64,000 nt of DNA from Azolla caroliniana (Eukaryota > Plantae > Polypodiophyta), in NCBI GenBank assembly GCA_043228905.1, contig JBHGNT010000002.1, positions 24,924,001-24,988,000 on the forward strand, in the 5' to 3' direction. The notes under the pieces were generated by a model. The model did no database searches. It saw only the letters and a program-made list of their open reading frames with translations, and was not told where the DNA came from. Of the stretch, positions 51,001 to 62,196 are shown piece after piece. A program made the translations under genes and the position numbers. Position 1 is the first letter of the stretch, and each line of letters begins with the position of its first letter.

Positions 51001-53408
51001 TTCCCTTCGAGCGACAGTACTCCTGGAACTGCCCCCGGTATTCCCCTCCGTTATCCGCTCGTATCGCTTTCAGCTTCTTGCCGGATTCTCTTTCCACTCT
51101 CGCGTGGAGTTCTCTGAAGACGGACAACACTTGGTCCTTTGTCTTCAACGGTGCCGTCCACAGCTTCCGGCTGTGATCATCAATGAATGTCACGAAGTAC
51201 TGGGCTCCGCCATGTGACTTCGTTTCTACCTGACACACATCAGTGTGCACCAGCTCCAAGGGTGCGCTACGTCTCGTCGGTGGCCTTGAGTGGAAGGAGG
51301 TCCGGTTTTGCTTACCGGCCAGGCAGTCGGTGCACTTCTCCAGGTGCACATGCTTCACTGGAATAAGGTTGTCTTCTGCAAGCCTCTTCATCCCCTTCTC
51401 ACTCATGTGGCACAGTCTTTTGTGCCACAGCTCACCGGCAGTGTCGGCTGCCACATTCAGCTCTTCCGGACATAACCGGGCATTCATCAGGTACAGAGTG
51501 TTGACCTTCCGGGCCCGAGCCACTATCAGGCTCCCCTTGCTGAACTTCATTACGCCGTTCCGGATGCTACCCGTGTAGCCTTCATCATCTAGCCTCCCGG
51601 CCGAGATCAGGTTCAATCGGACCTCCGGAACGTGTCGCACATCCTTCAACAGCATCTTGCATCCGGTTGATGTCATCAGCCACACGTCTCCTATACCGGC
51701 AATTCGGCATGTACCTTCATTTCCCATCCGGACAAAGCCGTGCTCACCGGCTGTGTAGGATGAGAAGTATTTCTTCTCCGGGGTCAGGTGGAACGACGCT
51801 CCGGAATCGACCACCCAGGTCATCTCTACGCCGGCAAGGTTCAACTCCCTCTCTTCGGTAATGAGCATTATCTCTTCTTCACTTGCCGCGAGTGCCGTCG
51901 TTCCTTTCCGGTCCTGCCCTCGCCGATCCGGACCTCTCCGGTCCGTGGCTCCCCGGTATGCACCGTTTCTCTCCGGTGACTTCTTCGAATCGGTGTCGTC
52001 GGCTCCGTTGTCCTTTCGGTAATGCCGACAATTCTTCCGGAAGTGCCCCGGCTTCCCACAGTGGAAGCAGATGGGTCTTCCTCTTGACTGCGACCGGGTC
52101 CCCGACTTCTCCCGTCTTTGCGGACTCCGGTTCCAGTGTCTTCCCCGTTCCGATTCGGTAAGCAGCGCCTTCGAGTCGGAGGCCGGTTCTTTATCTCTCC
52201 GACGCGCTTCTTCATTTAGAATACTTGTCTTTACCGTTTGTAGGGACAAGTTGTCTTCCGTGCAGGAGGTGCTGAGAGTCACCACCAAGTTCTCCCAGCT
52301 GTCCGGCAATGTACACATCAGGATGATGGCTTGCATTGCATCCTCCAACGGGAACTTGATCGCCGCAAGCTGGTTCACGAATCCCATGAACGTGCTTACG
52401 TGTTCCACCATACTCTCGCCGTCCCGGTACTTGAGGTTCACTATCTTTCTCATCAGGGAGGTCCGGTTCAACGCATTCTTCCTCTCATAGAGGCCCGACA
52501 GCTTCTTCCACATCTCATAGGCGTTCGTATCGTTCGCCACATGTTGCAGGACACTTACATCGACATATTGCCGGATCGTCGCTACTGCTTTCCGGTTCAG
52601 GAGCTTCCACTCCGACTCAAGTACTCCCTTCGGTATTTCCGACCTGTCAATCGGTTCGTACAGGTCCCGAACAATCAGAAGATCCTCCATCTTGATCTTC
52701 CAGTCGGCGTAATTCTGCGCATTCAGCACCATCATTCCCGGCTGCCCGCTGCCGCCGCCTTCCATTTTCTGTGTTACCGTCGCTCTGATACCACTTTATT
52801 GAAATTCCGTGCTCGGCCACAACCGAGGAACAGGATCGATTCACAGAAAACGGGAAATACAACAATGCACGAAAAACAATAGAGAGAAAGGTACACTGGA
52901 TGTTTTACGTGGAAAACCCTAAATGGGAAAAACCACGGGAGTGCTCAAACTCCAACTATCACTATGAACAGGGATGTACACTGGTGAAGCTACAAGGCAA
53001 CAACCTTGAGCTCACCGTCTTCGCCACAGGCGGCGGCAATACACAGAGGCAACGACCTCTTCGTCTCTCTCTCTCTCTCTCTCTCGGCTGCTCTCACTTC
53101 GCATGAAAATTAAGCAACAACCACATAAAACTGTTTGCCCTAAGTCATATTTATACATATATGACTTTCGGGATATTTACAAATATAGCCCTGCATCCGG
53201 ATCTCTCTCCGGGTACATTCGTCATCCGGCTCCGTAGCCGGGGTCTTCATCATCCGGATCCGTATCCGGGTACTCTTCATCCGGCTTCATGCCGGGTACT
53301 CTTCATCCGGCTTCATGCCGGGTACTCTTCATCCGGCTCCGTAACCGCAACCGGGCTTGCCGTCATTCATCTCCGGACATCCCATCCGGAGGGACCGTAA
53401 TCCCAACA
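48093..53408 (-). mobile_element. Young intact Ty1/copia (Tnt1/Tork-like) LTR retrotransposon (copia-2)
   Basis: LTRs 48093-48678 and 52797-53408, differing by one visible substitution and one 26-bp repeat unit; TSD CTATG; PBS TGGTATCAGAGC (52793-52782); PPT GAAGGGGGAG; uninterrupted ORF. Confidence 0.97.
48689..52765 (-). CDS. Gag-Pol polyprotein of copia-2, 1358 aa
   Basis: Zinc knuckle CFHCGKPGHFRKNC; PR WVVDSGAS; WHKRLCH..CTDC; integrase DDE (VHTD, ADNGGE, AER); RT YVDD; RH FTDSD, TEAEY, CDSQSA. Confidence 0.97.
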   Translation of the reverse strand: MEGGGSGQPGMMVLNAQNYADWKIKMEDLLIVRDLYEPIDRSEIPKGVLESEWKLLNRKAVATIRQYVDVSVLQHVANDTNAYEMWKKLSGLYERKNALNRTSLMRKIVNLKYRDGESMVEHVSTFMGFVNQLAAIKFPLEDAMQAIILMCTLPDSWENLVVTLSTSCTEDNLSLQTVKTSILNEEARRRDKEPASDSKALLTESERGRHWNRSPQRREKSGTRSQSRGRPICFHCGKPGHFRKNCRHYRKDNGADDTDSKKSPERNGAYRGATDRRGPDRRGQDRKGTTALAASEEEIMLITEERELNLAGVEMTWVVDSGASFHLTPEKKYFSSYTAGEHGFVRMGNEGTCRIAGIGDVWLMTSTGCKMLLKDVRHVPEVRLNLISAGRLDDEGYTGSIRNGVMKFSKGSLIVARARKVNTLYLMNARLCPEELNVAADTAGELWHKRLCHMSEKGMKRLAEDNLIPVKHVHLEKCTDCLAGKQNRTSFHSRPPTRRSAPLELVHTDVCQVETKSHGGAQYFVTFIDDHSRKLWTAPLKTKDQVLSVFRELHARVERESGKKLKAIRADNGGEYRGQFQEYCRSKGIRLEFTVPKTPELNGLAERMNRTIMERVRSMLAHAKLPKGFWAEAMSTATYVINRSPLVPLDGDTPQKVWTGKEVSYRHLKVFGCLTYVHVAKDRRGKLDPKTRPCIFLGYGDDEFGYRVWDPVDKKIFRSRDIIFMEDKTLADWESEKKMKSSKSTGEDKLYEEQSRPARDRLTLEDPAEDGEETEPAEEDENDTGTGPDPEMDSDEEEESEEPVTEAPERRYPLRERRAPRRFPEPEHVLLTDEGEPESFEEAKHDTQSRRWLSAMQEEMDSLHENHTYELVELPKGKRALRNKWVFKLKPGDAGNPQRYKARIVVKGFQQKKGVDFDEIFAPVVKMTSIRTVLSIAASMDLEVEQMDVKTTFLHGDLDEEIYMQQPEGFEKKGKEHLVCRLKKSLYGLKQAPRQWYRKFDSFMTDEGYLKTQSDHYVFVKKFEGGDFLILLLYVDDMLIVGRDQVKIRMLKKALHQTFSMKDLGPARQILGMHIIRDRKKKQLWLSQEKYVTKVLHRFNMSEARPVGSTLPANCKLSSKQSPKTKAEKEDMMKVPYASAVGSLMYAMVCTRPDIGYAVGVVSRYMSNPGKEHWNAVKWTLRYLKGTANVCLRFGSGKPQLDGFTDSDMSADADTSRSTSGYVMTYAGGAVSWQSRLQKTVALSTTEAEYMAAVEAGKEIIWMKDFIRELGIQQEEYRLYCDSQSAIHLAKNAAYHSQTKHIQRRYHWIRERIEDEEFVLTKIHTDENGSDMLTKVLTPDKLEACRKRIGLERHPMPK

Positions 53409-54577
53409 CTATGTTGCCACTCTCTCTCATGCATCTCTCTTCTTACCTTCATTATATTATGCACTACACTCACTATGTTTGCCCTAGGTCTATTTATACT
53501 CATACACAGTATGGGCTATTTACAAACATAGCTTTCATTATTATTATTATTATTAATCTTAGTTGATTAGCTAACTAATCGACTCCTATGTCGATTTTTC
53601 AGTCAGCCCGACTAGCCGACTCCCATCTCATAAGGTATTGTCCACCCCGATGCGAAGGAGTATCCACGTAGCACCCATCTGTGTGGACCAGTTCTAGTGC
53701 ACATTGTCTCCCTTTTGGTGGTCTTGAGTGGAATACTGCTTTGTTTTGCTTTCCGACCAAGCACTTGACACACTTCTCCAAGTGCACTCCTTTTACTTCT
53801 AGAAGGAGTTTCTGATTGACTAGGATATGCATTCCCTTCTCGCTTATATGGCCAAGCCTCTTATGCCATATCTCTACGCTTGAGTTGTCAACCACATTTG
53901 CTTCATCCTTGCATAGCTTTTCTTGCATCATATACAATGTGCCTTGTTTTTGTGCTTGGGCCACTATGAGATTCCCCGACAGAACTTCTATTTTCCATTT
54001 CGAAAAATACCATTGTAGCCTTCGTCGTCCAATCTTCCAGTTGATATCAGGGACATGTCGAAGATCCCTCAGGGTCAGCCAACAACCAGTCGATGTTGTC
54101 ATGCACACACTTCCAATGCCGACTATCCTGCATTCTCGATTATCTCCCATCTTCACATAGTCATAGTCACTGGTTGCATAAGACGAGAACCACTCTCTCA
54201 AGGGAGTTATATGGAACGATGCACCGGAGTCGATCACCTAGGTGCATTCTTCATTTGCAAGGTTTGCACTTGCTTGCTTGCAAATGAACAGGAGTTCCCC
54301 TTCGTTCGTAGCGACGGTTGTAGTGCCCTTCTCATTAGAAATCTTTCTGGCTTCAACATAATTCGAGACACCTTTGTCCTTAAGGTAGATGGGTTGTGAT
54401 TAAATTACCAACACGATAAACACCATTTCCCCTACTTCAAAAAGAAAATCCTAAATCTTAGAGAGTTCCTTTTACAATTGCTAATGATTTGTTTTGCCAA
54501 CATAATTTAAGCTTAATATCGTCATAATGGAGAGTTATTTTTTATGTTTTAAAAATTAGATAACGATGTGTGTTTAT

Positions 54578-55364
54578 GATCATAGCCACAAGCTCATAGA
54601 AATGATAATAAGCCCAACAATGCCAGTTTTCGTGAGGGGGAACACAAAGATTTGCATACATGATTCTTTCTTCCAACACAATAAACACTACAAGGGACAC
54701 AATCATAGAACTTCTAGTGATATGAAATTGTTGTTTGTTTTGCCAATGTAAGATCACACAAGTTAGTGATATGTGATTAGAATCATAGCCGCAAGCTCAT
54801 GGAATCCATAAGAAGCCCAACAATACCACTTTTCATAAGGGGGATGCCAAGATTTGCATACAAGATCCTTTCTTCCAAGCCAATAAACATCACAAAGGAT
54901 ACAAATCATAGAGTATCTAGTGATATGGAATGTGTTATTTGATTTGCCAATGTAAGATCACACAACTTAGTGATGTGTTTAGGATCATAGCCACATGCCC
55001 AACAATGTTTTTTTCATAAGGGGGAACACCGAGTTTTGCATAGAAGATCACAATAAATACAACAGAGGATCATAGCCACAAGATCATAGAACCCATAATA
55101 AGCCCAACAATGCCACTTTTCATAAAGGGAACACTAAGTTTTGCATACAAGATCGCAATAAACAACACAAAGGACACAAATCATAGAACTTCCAGGGATA
55201 TGTAATGTTTACTTGATTTGTCAACGTACGATCACAAGTTAGTGACTTGTGCATACTTGAGCACATGATTCCAGGATCACAAGTTAGTGACTTGTGCATA
55301 CTTGAGCACATGATTCCAGGATCACAAGTTAGTGGCTTGTGCATACTTGAGCACATGATTCCAG
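54578..55364. repeat. Composite tandem array: ~204-bp diverged units (with a truncated unit) followed by a 45-bp unit x3
   Basis: gatcatagcc.caag.tcat...gcccaacaat recurs at ~54578, 54782, 54983 and 55067; gatcacaagttagtgacttgtgcatacttgagcacatgattccag x3 at 55230-55364. Confidence 0.85.
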
Positions 55365-55429
55365 TCTGCAAATCCTCATAGATGTTACAATAATTAAGAA
55401 AAAAACTATATATACACACACACACACAC

Positions 55430-55815
55430 ATTGCCATTGTTCCATAAAACCAATTCTATATGCTTGCTATATGCTATATGCTATATGACATTGTTCCATT
55501 GGATTTTTTATACTTTCCATTGTTCCATCATGTCGATTCTATATACTTGCCCTTGTTCCATGGGATTGATTCTATATGCTTGACATTGTTCATTCCATCA
55601 GATTGATTCTATATACTTGCCATCGATCCATTGGATCGATTCTATATACTCGCCATGGTTCCATCGGATAGTTCTACAGTCTTGTCATTGCATCCTGGAA
55701 TTGATTTGTAGATGTAGATTCAACTACTTAGAAAACTCAGTATACACATGAGCACATGTTTCCACATCAATGCAAGAATTTGTTTATGTTATATATACTC
55801 GCCATTGTTCCATTT
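55430..55815. repeat. Degenerate ~33-35 bp minisatellite just downstream of ATPD
   Basis: Repeated ttgccattgttccat...gattctatatac-like units, about 8 copies. Confidence 0.75.
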
Positions 55816-56041
55816 ATTTGATTTCCGACATACACAGGTTTAAAATAAACGAAACGGGTGGCAAACTAAGTGTGTACATATTCCATCACCATGTCTGAGA
55901 GAGAACCTGCTTAGTTCACAAGATAATAATCAAAAGAAAGAAAAATAAAATAAAAATATGAGAGATAAGAGGAGATGGGGGGCTCAAAGTTGTATGGAAT
56001 ACAATTGAAGATGTGTAGCCATTACAAGATAGAGATGAGCA

Positions 56042-56851
56042 TCAAACTGCGGGCTCAAGCTTGTCGGCTAGATTGATCTGCGAAGCGATTTTATCGAGCT
56101 GCCCTTTCACACTCATATCGATGAGACGAGAACCATCCTTACCGAAACGGACAACAAAACCAGCTATGATCGAAGGATCGATGACATTCTTCAGCTTAAC
56201 GCTCTTCGATCCGGACATATTCTGCACTTTCTTACTGATAAGAGACAGTTGTGGCGGTAGAATCTCCACCGCGGATGTGACCACAGCTACTTGGGTATCG
56301 GTAAGTTCATTGTAAAGAACATCGAATTCCTTCACAAGCTCCCTTAGGACTATAGTTCTCTTCTTCTCTACAATCAAGTTGAGCAAATTGACAGTGGCAG
56401 GTTGGAACTTAGCTTCTATGCTCACCTCTTTCAGGATGGCTTTCTTCTCCTCCACCCTCGCGACAGGGTTGATTATGAAGGACCAGAACTGCTCATCTTG
56501 AACAAATACGGAGAGCTTCTCTACGTCTTTCGCGACACTGTCGAGGATGCCTTTCGCTTGGCCTACTTCTGCAAGGGCGGCGGCATAGCCAGATGCAGCA
56601 GATTTAGCCATGGAAACAACACAAGGCCTGCGGCTCCTGCTGCCTGCTTCGCCGTCGCCGTCGCAAGATGCGGCAGATCTTCCCTGCTCTTGGACCTTCG
56701 ACTTTAAAGCATTCATACTACTTCCATGGAAGAAGGAAGTGGTGTTGGTGCTGCTTCCTCGGATCCTGAGGGATGAAGGTGTCCTGATGCAAGAAGGTAG
56801 CAGGGAGTTGCTTATGTTGAGAGAGGAGATAGATTGTTGCACTGTCTCCAT
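56042..56851 (-). CDS. ATPD: Chloroplast ATP synthase delta subunit precursor, intronless, 269 aa
   Basis: Ser-rich transit peptide; SAASGYAAALAEV, TDTQVAVVTSAV, IDPSIIAGFVVRFGKDGSRLIDMSVKGQLDKIA typical of CF1 delta. Confidence 0.95.
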   Translation of the reverse strand: METVQQSISSLNISNSLLPSCIRTPSSLRIRGSSTNTTSFFHGSSMNALKSKVQEQGRSAASCDGDGEAGSRSRRPCVVSMAKSAASGYAAALAEVGQAKGILDSVAKDVEKLSVFVQDEQFWSFIINPVARVEEKKAILKEVSIEAKFQPATVNLLNLIVEKKRTIVLRELVKEFDVLYNELTDTQVAVVTSAVEILPPQLSLISKKVQNMSGSKSVKLKNVIDPSIIAGFVVRFGKDGSRLIDMSVKGQLDKIASQINLADKLEPAV

Positions 56852-59800
56852 GATTCTCAGATTGGGGCAATGGCTTCTGCTGCTGCTTTCTGCCTGCCTT
56901 TCTTCTTCTTCTTCTTCTTCTTCTTCTTCTTCCTGTCTTCCTTCAGTTGAGCAAAACAGAGCAAAAGGAAAGGGGCCTTATCCATATGGGCCAATGGTTT
57001 TTTTTTGTGTGTGTGGTTCCTACACCTCTGCCTATCCTTTAAACTTGAACCTTTCTCCTCCCTAATGATCCTCTCAAGACTCATAGTCTCATACTCATTC
57101 GGTCGGTCCCTAGGGCTCCATCTCGCTCTGAAGGCCCGATCCGATACCCGCTCGAGCACACTACATTGGCACACAATTCAGTCTTTGTCACCCCGCACTA
57201 CCATATCATCTACTCATACTCATTCCGTGAGGTGAGTCCACAAAGCTCAAGCCCATTCTACGCTCAACTCGGAAGGCCTAAGCCAAGACTCGCTCGAGCA
57301 CATTACTGTGGCATACAATCGAGACTTTTATCACCCCACACTCTTCGTTCTGGGGTATCATGCACTAGATCAAACACATGTTTCCAATACGTTACCATGG
57401 GAAGAAGGAGACACTAGCCCATCCCACATTTGGAAGGAAGGCTCGGGGTCAAGGCTCCTCTGAATGCTCGATATTGCGATTGAGATTGCCACAAACTTAG
57501 TGTCACATAGTGTCCCCCAAACTTGTTACCGAAGTATCTCTTTCATCAAAAGTTATCGAACATGATATGCGCCTAAAGTTATCAAACATGATACGCCTCT
57601 AAAGTTACTAGATTTTATACACATCTAAAGTTACCACACATGATGCCTCTCCAATAGGAAGTGGCACTTTTTTAAAACATAGGGGTATTAAGCAAAATAT
57701 CTAGAATGTTAGGGATTATTGTGTTTCAACCCTTGATTTCAATGTCTTATAATCCTTGTGATTTACCACATTAACTTGAGGTCGTCAATGAGTGATAACT
57801 TGTTTCTCCAACACTTAGCAATTTTGTTGGTTGTAAGATGTGCAATTTGTATCTTCATATCCTGAAAATGTTTGTATTGAGATATAAGTATATGCATGAT
57901 CCAAAACATAGAAAGAATGAGAAACTCTCTAGATGCCAAAGATTGACAAATCAAACCAAACACTAATATACACATAATCACTTTGGCAAACCTAAAAGGT
58001 GAGTCTCATCACGAGTAGTTGGCATGAACTTGTTAGGGTTCCACTTTCCACTTGCATTGGTTCTCATCCTTTTTCACACTACATGGGCAAATGCAACTAT
58101 TTTAGTTGTTTTTGCCTCTACATCAATCTCACTTTTCAAGACTCGTGTATATATCGTGTCATGAGAATCAAGTATTTGAGACCATGTTAACTTACATAAA
58201 TGCCATAAACAACATCACCACAGTATACACCATGAATAAATATAAGTATATATTTATATTAAACAAAGTGCTAAAGTGCGATTATTATAACAAGGTTTGA
58301 TGCAATCGGAGCTACAATTCATGTGCTCTTAACTTGACGGATACAAACACAGCTCAAGAAATTACGCGAGTAACTAACCCTAGAATACATTTGACCAACT
58401 CATTAACCATATTTGATACGCCTCCCTTTCAATTGTCAACACACGAGATGGTTGTTGGCAATTCTATTCACACCAAATAAGGTTTATGTTAGTGTAATAG
58501 GATTACAATCTCTTTATTCTTGGCATTTGGTTTGATGGGTCTCGCCCTCGTTTGGATAGACATCAATGAGTATGGTGTAGTTTCCTTAATCCAAGGCAAC
58601 ATTGTAAGAACATATTTTGTACCTTCTTGATGTTATTAAGATGGTATACTTCCTCTGCTAATCTTTTACCCATATTATAATAAGATTTGGAATACCAATG
58701 CATGCTTGCAATGTACAAAGGTTTTTGTTATTGGATCAACTAGTGTTCACCTATGCATGTGTTAACACTATAGCTCGTGGTGATATTGAACTTATCCTAA
58801 GTATTGGAAAGACCTCATAGGTTTGATAATATTGCTCTTATTGGAAGCAAAGCATGGGTAAACATGGAGTATCATGCATACTCGGTTTTCGCCATGTTCC
58901 CGGGTAGGCAACACTTGGAGTCGGAATCCTTGATGATGTGAAGTGATTGCAATCGAAGACTCTTGGCATGTGTTGTGAAGAGAGTAACACATGGTGTGGA
59001 TCGACCCGGAAGTAACATAACGAGATGTTCCGATAGAGTCTGTGGGTTTCAAGAGAAAGAGTCGATCGTAAGCACCAAAGTACTTGGGGGGTATAAAAGT
59101 ACTTGCATGAAGAAATGCACTTTTAAGTGGTTGATGAAGCGTTAAAAATGAGTGTAGATGCGTGCATATGGATGTGCAGCTCGAGGAGTCCGTGGTGTTG
59201 AGCTATTTATTAGTATGGGGGGGAAAAGGTCATGAATATGACTCTTATGTAGTATCATGTATGTATGTGTCTACACACATGCATGCATGCATATTTATGA
59301 TTTGCATGCCTATTTACATAACATATTAATAATTACACCATACCATACCATACCATACCATACCATGTCAAGTCATACATCCACACATCATCACCACTTA
59401 CACCATCGCCATTGCCATCATCTAGTCGCCTTCTCCATATCATACACACACACACACACACACACTTCATCTTCATCTTCATCTTCATCTTGGTCTTGAT
59501 CTTCAACTTCAAGAAGTTGAAGACATTAATGAAGGTATGGTATGGATTTACTTCTGCAAGAAGTTCTACAATAATAAGTAAATAGTAGCCGGATGATCCT
59601 CGCCATCATTAGCACTGGCAATATAGCAAGCATTTTGACCATTCCACATCTCTGATTCTTCTCATCCATCTAACCCCACTTTTCCATTAGATCTCAAATT
59701 TCAGTTACATGGGCATCTATTTATACTGGTAGAGCATTTGGATCTAAATAATCTCCAACAACACATGAATTTAATAGATCTCTCTCTCTCTCTCAATGTT

Positions 59801-60553
59801 TTTACTTCAAATCTGAATTTTCTATATATATATCTATATATATAACCAGGTGATGTCTTCATCTGCGTACTTACTCATTGTAAATCGCATCAAGCTAGGA
59901 ACGTGGATAGGTTAAATTCTGATCTCTATCTCTATCTCTCTGTGTGTTCCAGTTTCTCCGACTCAAAGAGTGTGTGAGTGTTTCTGTGATGGCGCAGATG
60001 TCCATTATGACATGCGAGAAGAATGAAATCCTTTTTCCTACTTTGCCGGTTTTTCTCCACCAATGGTCCATCAATCTTTTTCTTTAATTAGTATGGTAGA
60101 TTAAACGTACTTTCAAGAGACTAATGCAATATAATGACTCGAGTTGTGGTCCATCCACTCCGTGTTTTCGTTTGTGTAGTATAGTAGATTAAACGTGCTC
60201 TCAAGAGACTAATGCAATTTATAAAGGTTCGTGTTATAATGTGCAGATAGATGTTTTGATCAATTCCGGAAACATGGAGTCATTTAGTTAATAATGGAAA
60301 GGATGTTAGCGTTAGTCTAGCTTTTGAGTTATACGATTACTCGCTCTCATTCCTACCATTGCCATGTACTTAATTGGAATTAATTTATAATGTTGCCATT
60401 AAAGCTTCTAAGCTTTTATTCTAGTTGCTACAGGTTCCTAGTCTTCATAATTCATTTCCTTGATTGGTTTAGATTCTCAACTAAAATTTCCACTCATTTA
60501 TTTTCACATAAAATTACAGGTTTGATTCTCTTTGATAATACAATATTGAGGAG

Positions 60554-62196
60554 ATGGGTCTACCGAAGCTCGTCCTTGCGGATGCTGCCATCTCTTTTCT
60601 ATGGGTCCTATATATTGCCCTGACTAAGCCGACAACGGTATTTCTGACAACTCTTCTGAACCTGAAAGGCTATGAATTTGCCATTGCCATTGGCCTGATA
60701 GCCCTCAATGTTTTCTTCTTTGGCTGGCTTGGTGGCATTTTGGAAGGGGCAATGTGGAACCCTGTTCCTCTACTAGCCTTTTACTCGGTTGGAGCAAGCA
60801 AGGACTCTCTTTTCTCTATGGCCGTTCGGTATCCAGCTCAGGTATGTGTATTATGATCGTGTTAATTGAAAAAACTGGCATGTTGTTAAGCACATCAGCA
60901 TTTCCATGGTTTTCTCTGTTTTAATCACAGCTACATTACTACTACTACTAGCATGTTTTACTTTTAATCACATCAACACTTTTATGTTGCATTTAATAAC
61001 TTCTCATCTTTCTATGTTTACTTCAAATCACATTAACACCTCTATCCCATTTTTAACCACATAAGGCCTCGATCTAATGGAGAAAAATAGCATAAACCTT
61101 CTTGTTGTGATGGAAATGGAGAAACTATCATTTCCAAGATCAGAAGTTTGGTTTAGTAATAGATAGAGGAGGGAGGGTCTATTTTATGTGGGCATTGCTG
61201 TTGTAGAGAATACAGCACAGCATCTCATAGCATTTATTTGTACAACTAGATTTGGACTTAGTTCCGAAATAAGGCACATATAAAACCATGTGAGCAAGAA
61301 GCTTATCATAATGCAAGTATCCTGTCTATATCATAGTCAGTGGAAAGATTGAGGTAATGTTCAATTTTGATGAAGACAATGAAAGCATGTCTACTGAGAG
61401 CATATCCTTATGGAAGAATGTGATTTAGAGTAAGTTTTATGTTGAATAGTTGTGTGAGCATGTATGTTACGTTGAACCAAAGAGAAATGTTGACACATTT
61501 GAAACTTCGCTACATCATCTCTTCCTCCATTGATGACCTCCGCTAAGGAACTGGACAGGTTGTAGATAAAGAATCAGAATTGTGCATGCAGATAGATGTA
61601 AAGCGGTGCACGAGTTTTTGTCCGAAAAAACATGTTAGTTATTACTTGATTATCACGAAAGATATAATGCTCTGTTGCTCTAGATTGTTGGGGCTGTAGG
61701 AGGTGTATTAGCAGCCAAAGAACTGGTCCCTTCACAATACAAGCATTTGCTTGGAGGACCTCAGTTGAAGGTGGATTACAAGACAGGAATACTTGCGGAG
61801 CTGATTTTGTCTTTTCTTATCACATTCTCTATTCTGCTCGTGATTTTGAAGGGTCCCAAAAGCAAGTTTCAAAAGAATTGGTTGATAGTTTTAGCAACAA
61901 TAGCAGTGTTTACACTTGGATCAGGTTATACAGGGCCATCTTTGAACCCTGCTAATGTAAGGCACCTGGTGAATTATTACGTTATTCTATCCCATGCTAA
62001 GGACGATTTAACTCTCCATTTACCTAATGGTGCATTTTGGCAGGCATTTGGATGGGCTTATGCAAACCAAAAACACTACGAGAGGGATCATTTTCTTGTT
62101 TTTTGGCTTGCACCACTGGCTGGATCGTTGATATCTGGGCAGGTCTTTCAGCTACTTTTCCGAAATCAGCGTGCTAAGAAAGAGAAAGCTGCGTGA
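60554..62196 (+). CDS. SIP-type aquaporin (small basic intrinsic protein), ~237 aa; exons 60554-60841, 61684-61956, 62044-62196
   Basis: MGLPKLVLADA start; first NPA-like motif WNPV; DSLFSMAVRYPAQ; LGGPQLKVD; GSGYTGPSLNPANAFGWAY; C-terminal KKEKAA dilysine; two GT-AG introns in phase 0. Confidence 0.92.

Larger units (their letters stand above)
47889..54390 (-). mobile_element. Older Tnt1/Tork-like copia remnant: an LTR (47889-~53630, split by copia-2) plus a truncated PR/INT fragment (~53630-54390)
   Basis: LTR-like start TGTTGAAAT; shares motifs with the copia-2 LTR (ttttacgt.gaaa..gggaaaaccac; tgtttgcccta.gtc.atttatac; atttacaaa.atagc); ORF 53599-54237 (IDSGASFH, WHKRLGH, LELVHTD) is homologous to copia-2 pol. 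Confidence 0.65.

Noticed and set aside
48704-52882. Many long + strand ORFs opposite copia pol (also at 43-46.7 kb)
   Set aside because: Antisense shadows of GC-rich coding sequence with no recognisable domains
55230-55815. CRISPR-like appearance of the short repeat arrays
   Set aside because: Units are contiguous tandem copies without unique spacers, there are no cas genes, and the context is eukaryotic
56042-56851. ATPD as a retrocopy or organellar insertion because it lacks introns
   Set aside because: ATPD is nuclear-encoded and commonly intronless in land plants, and it has an intact transit peptide
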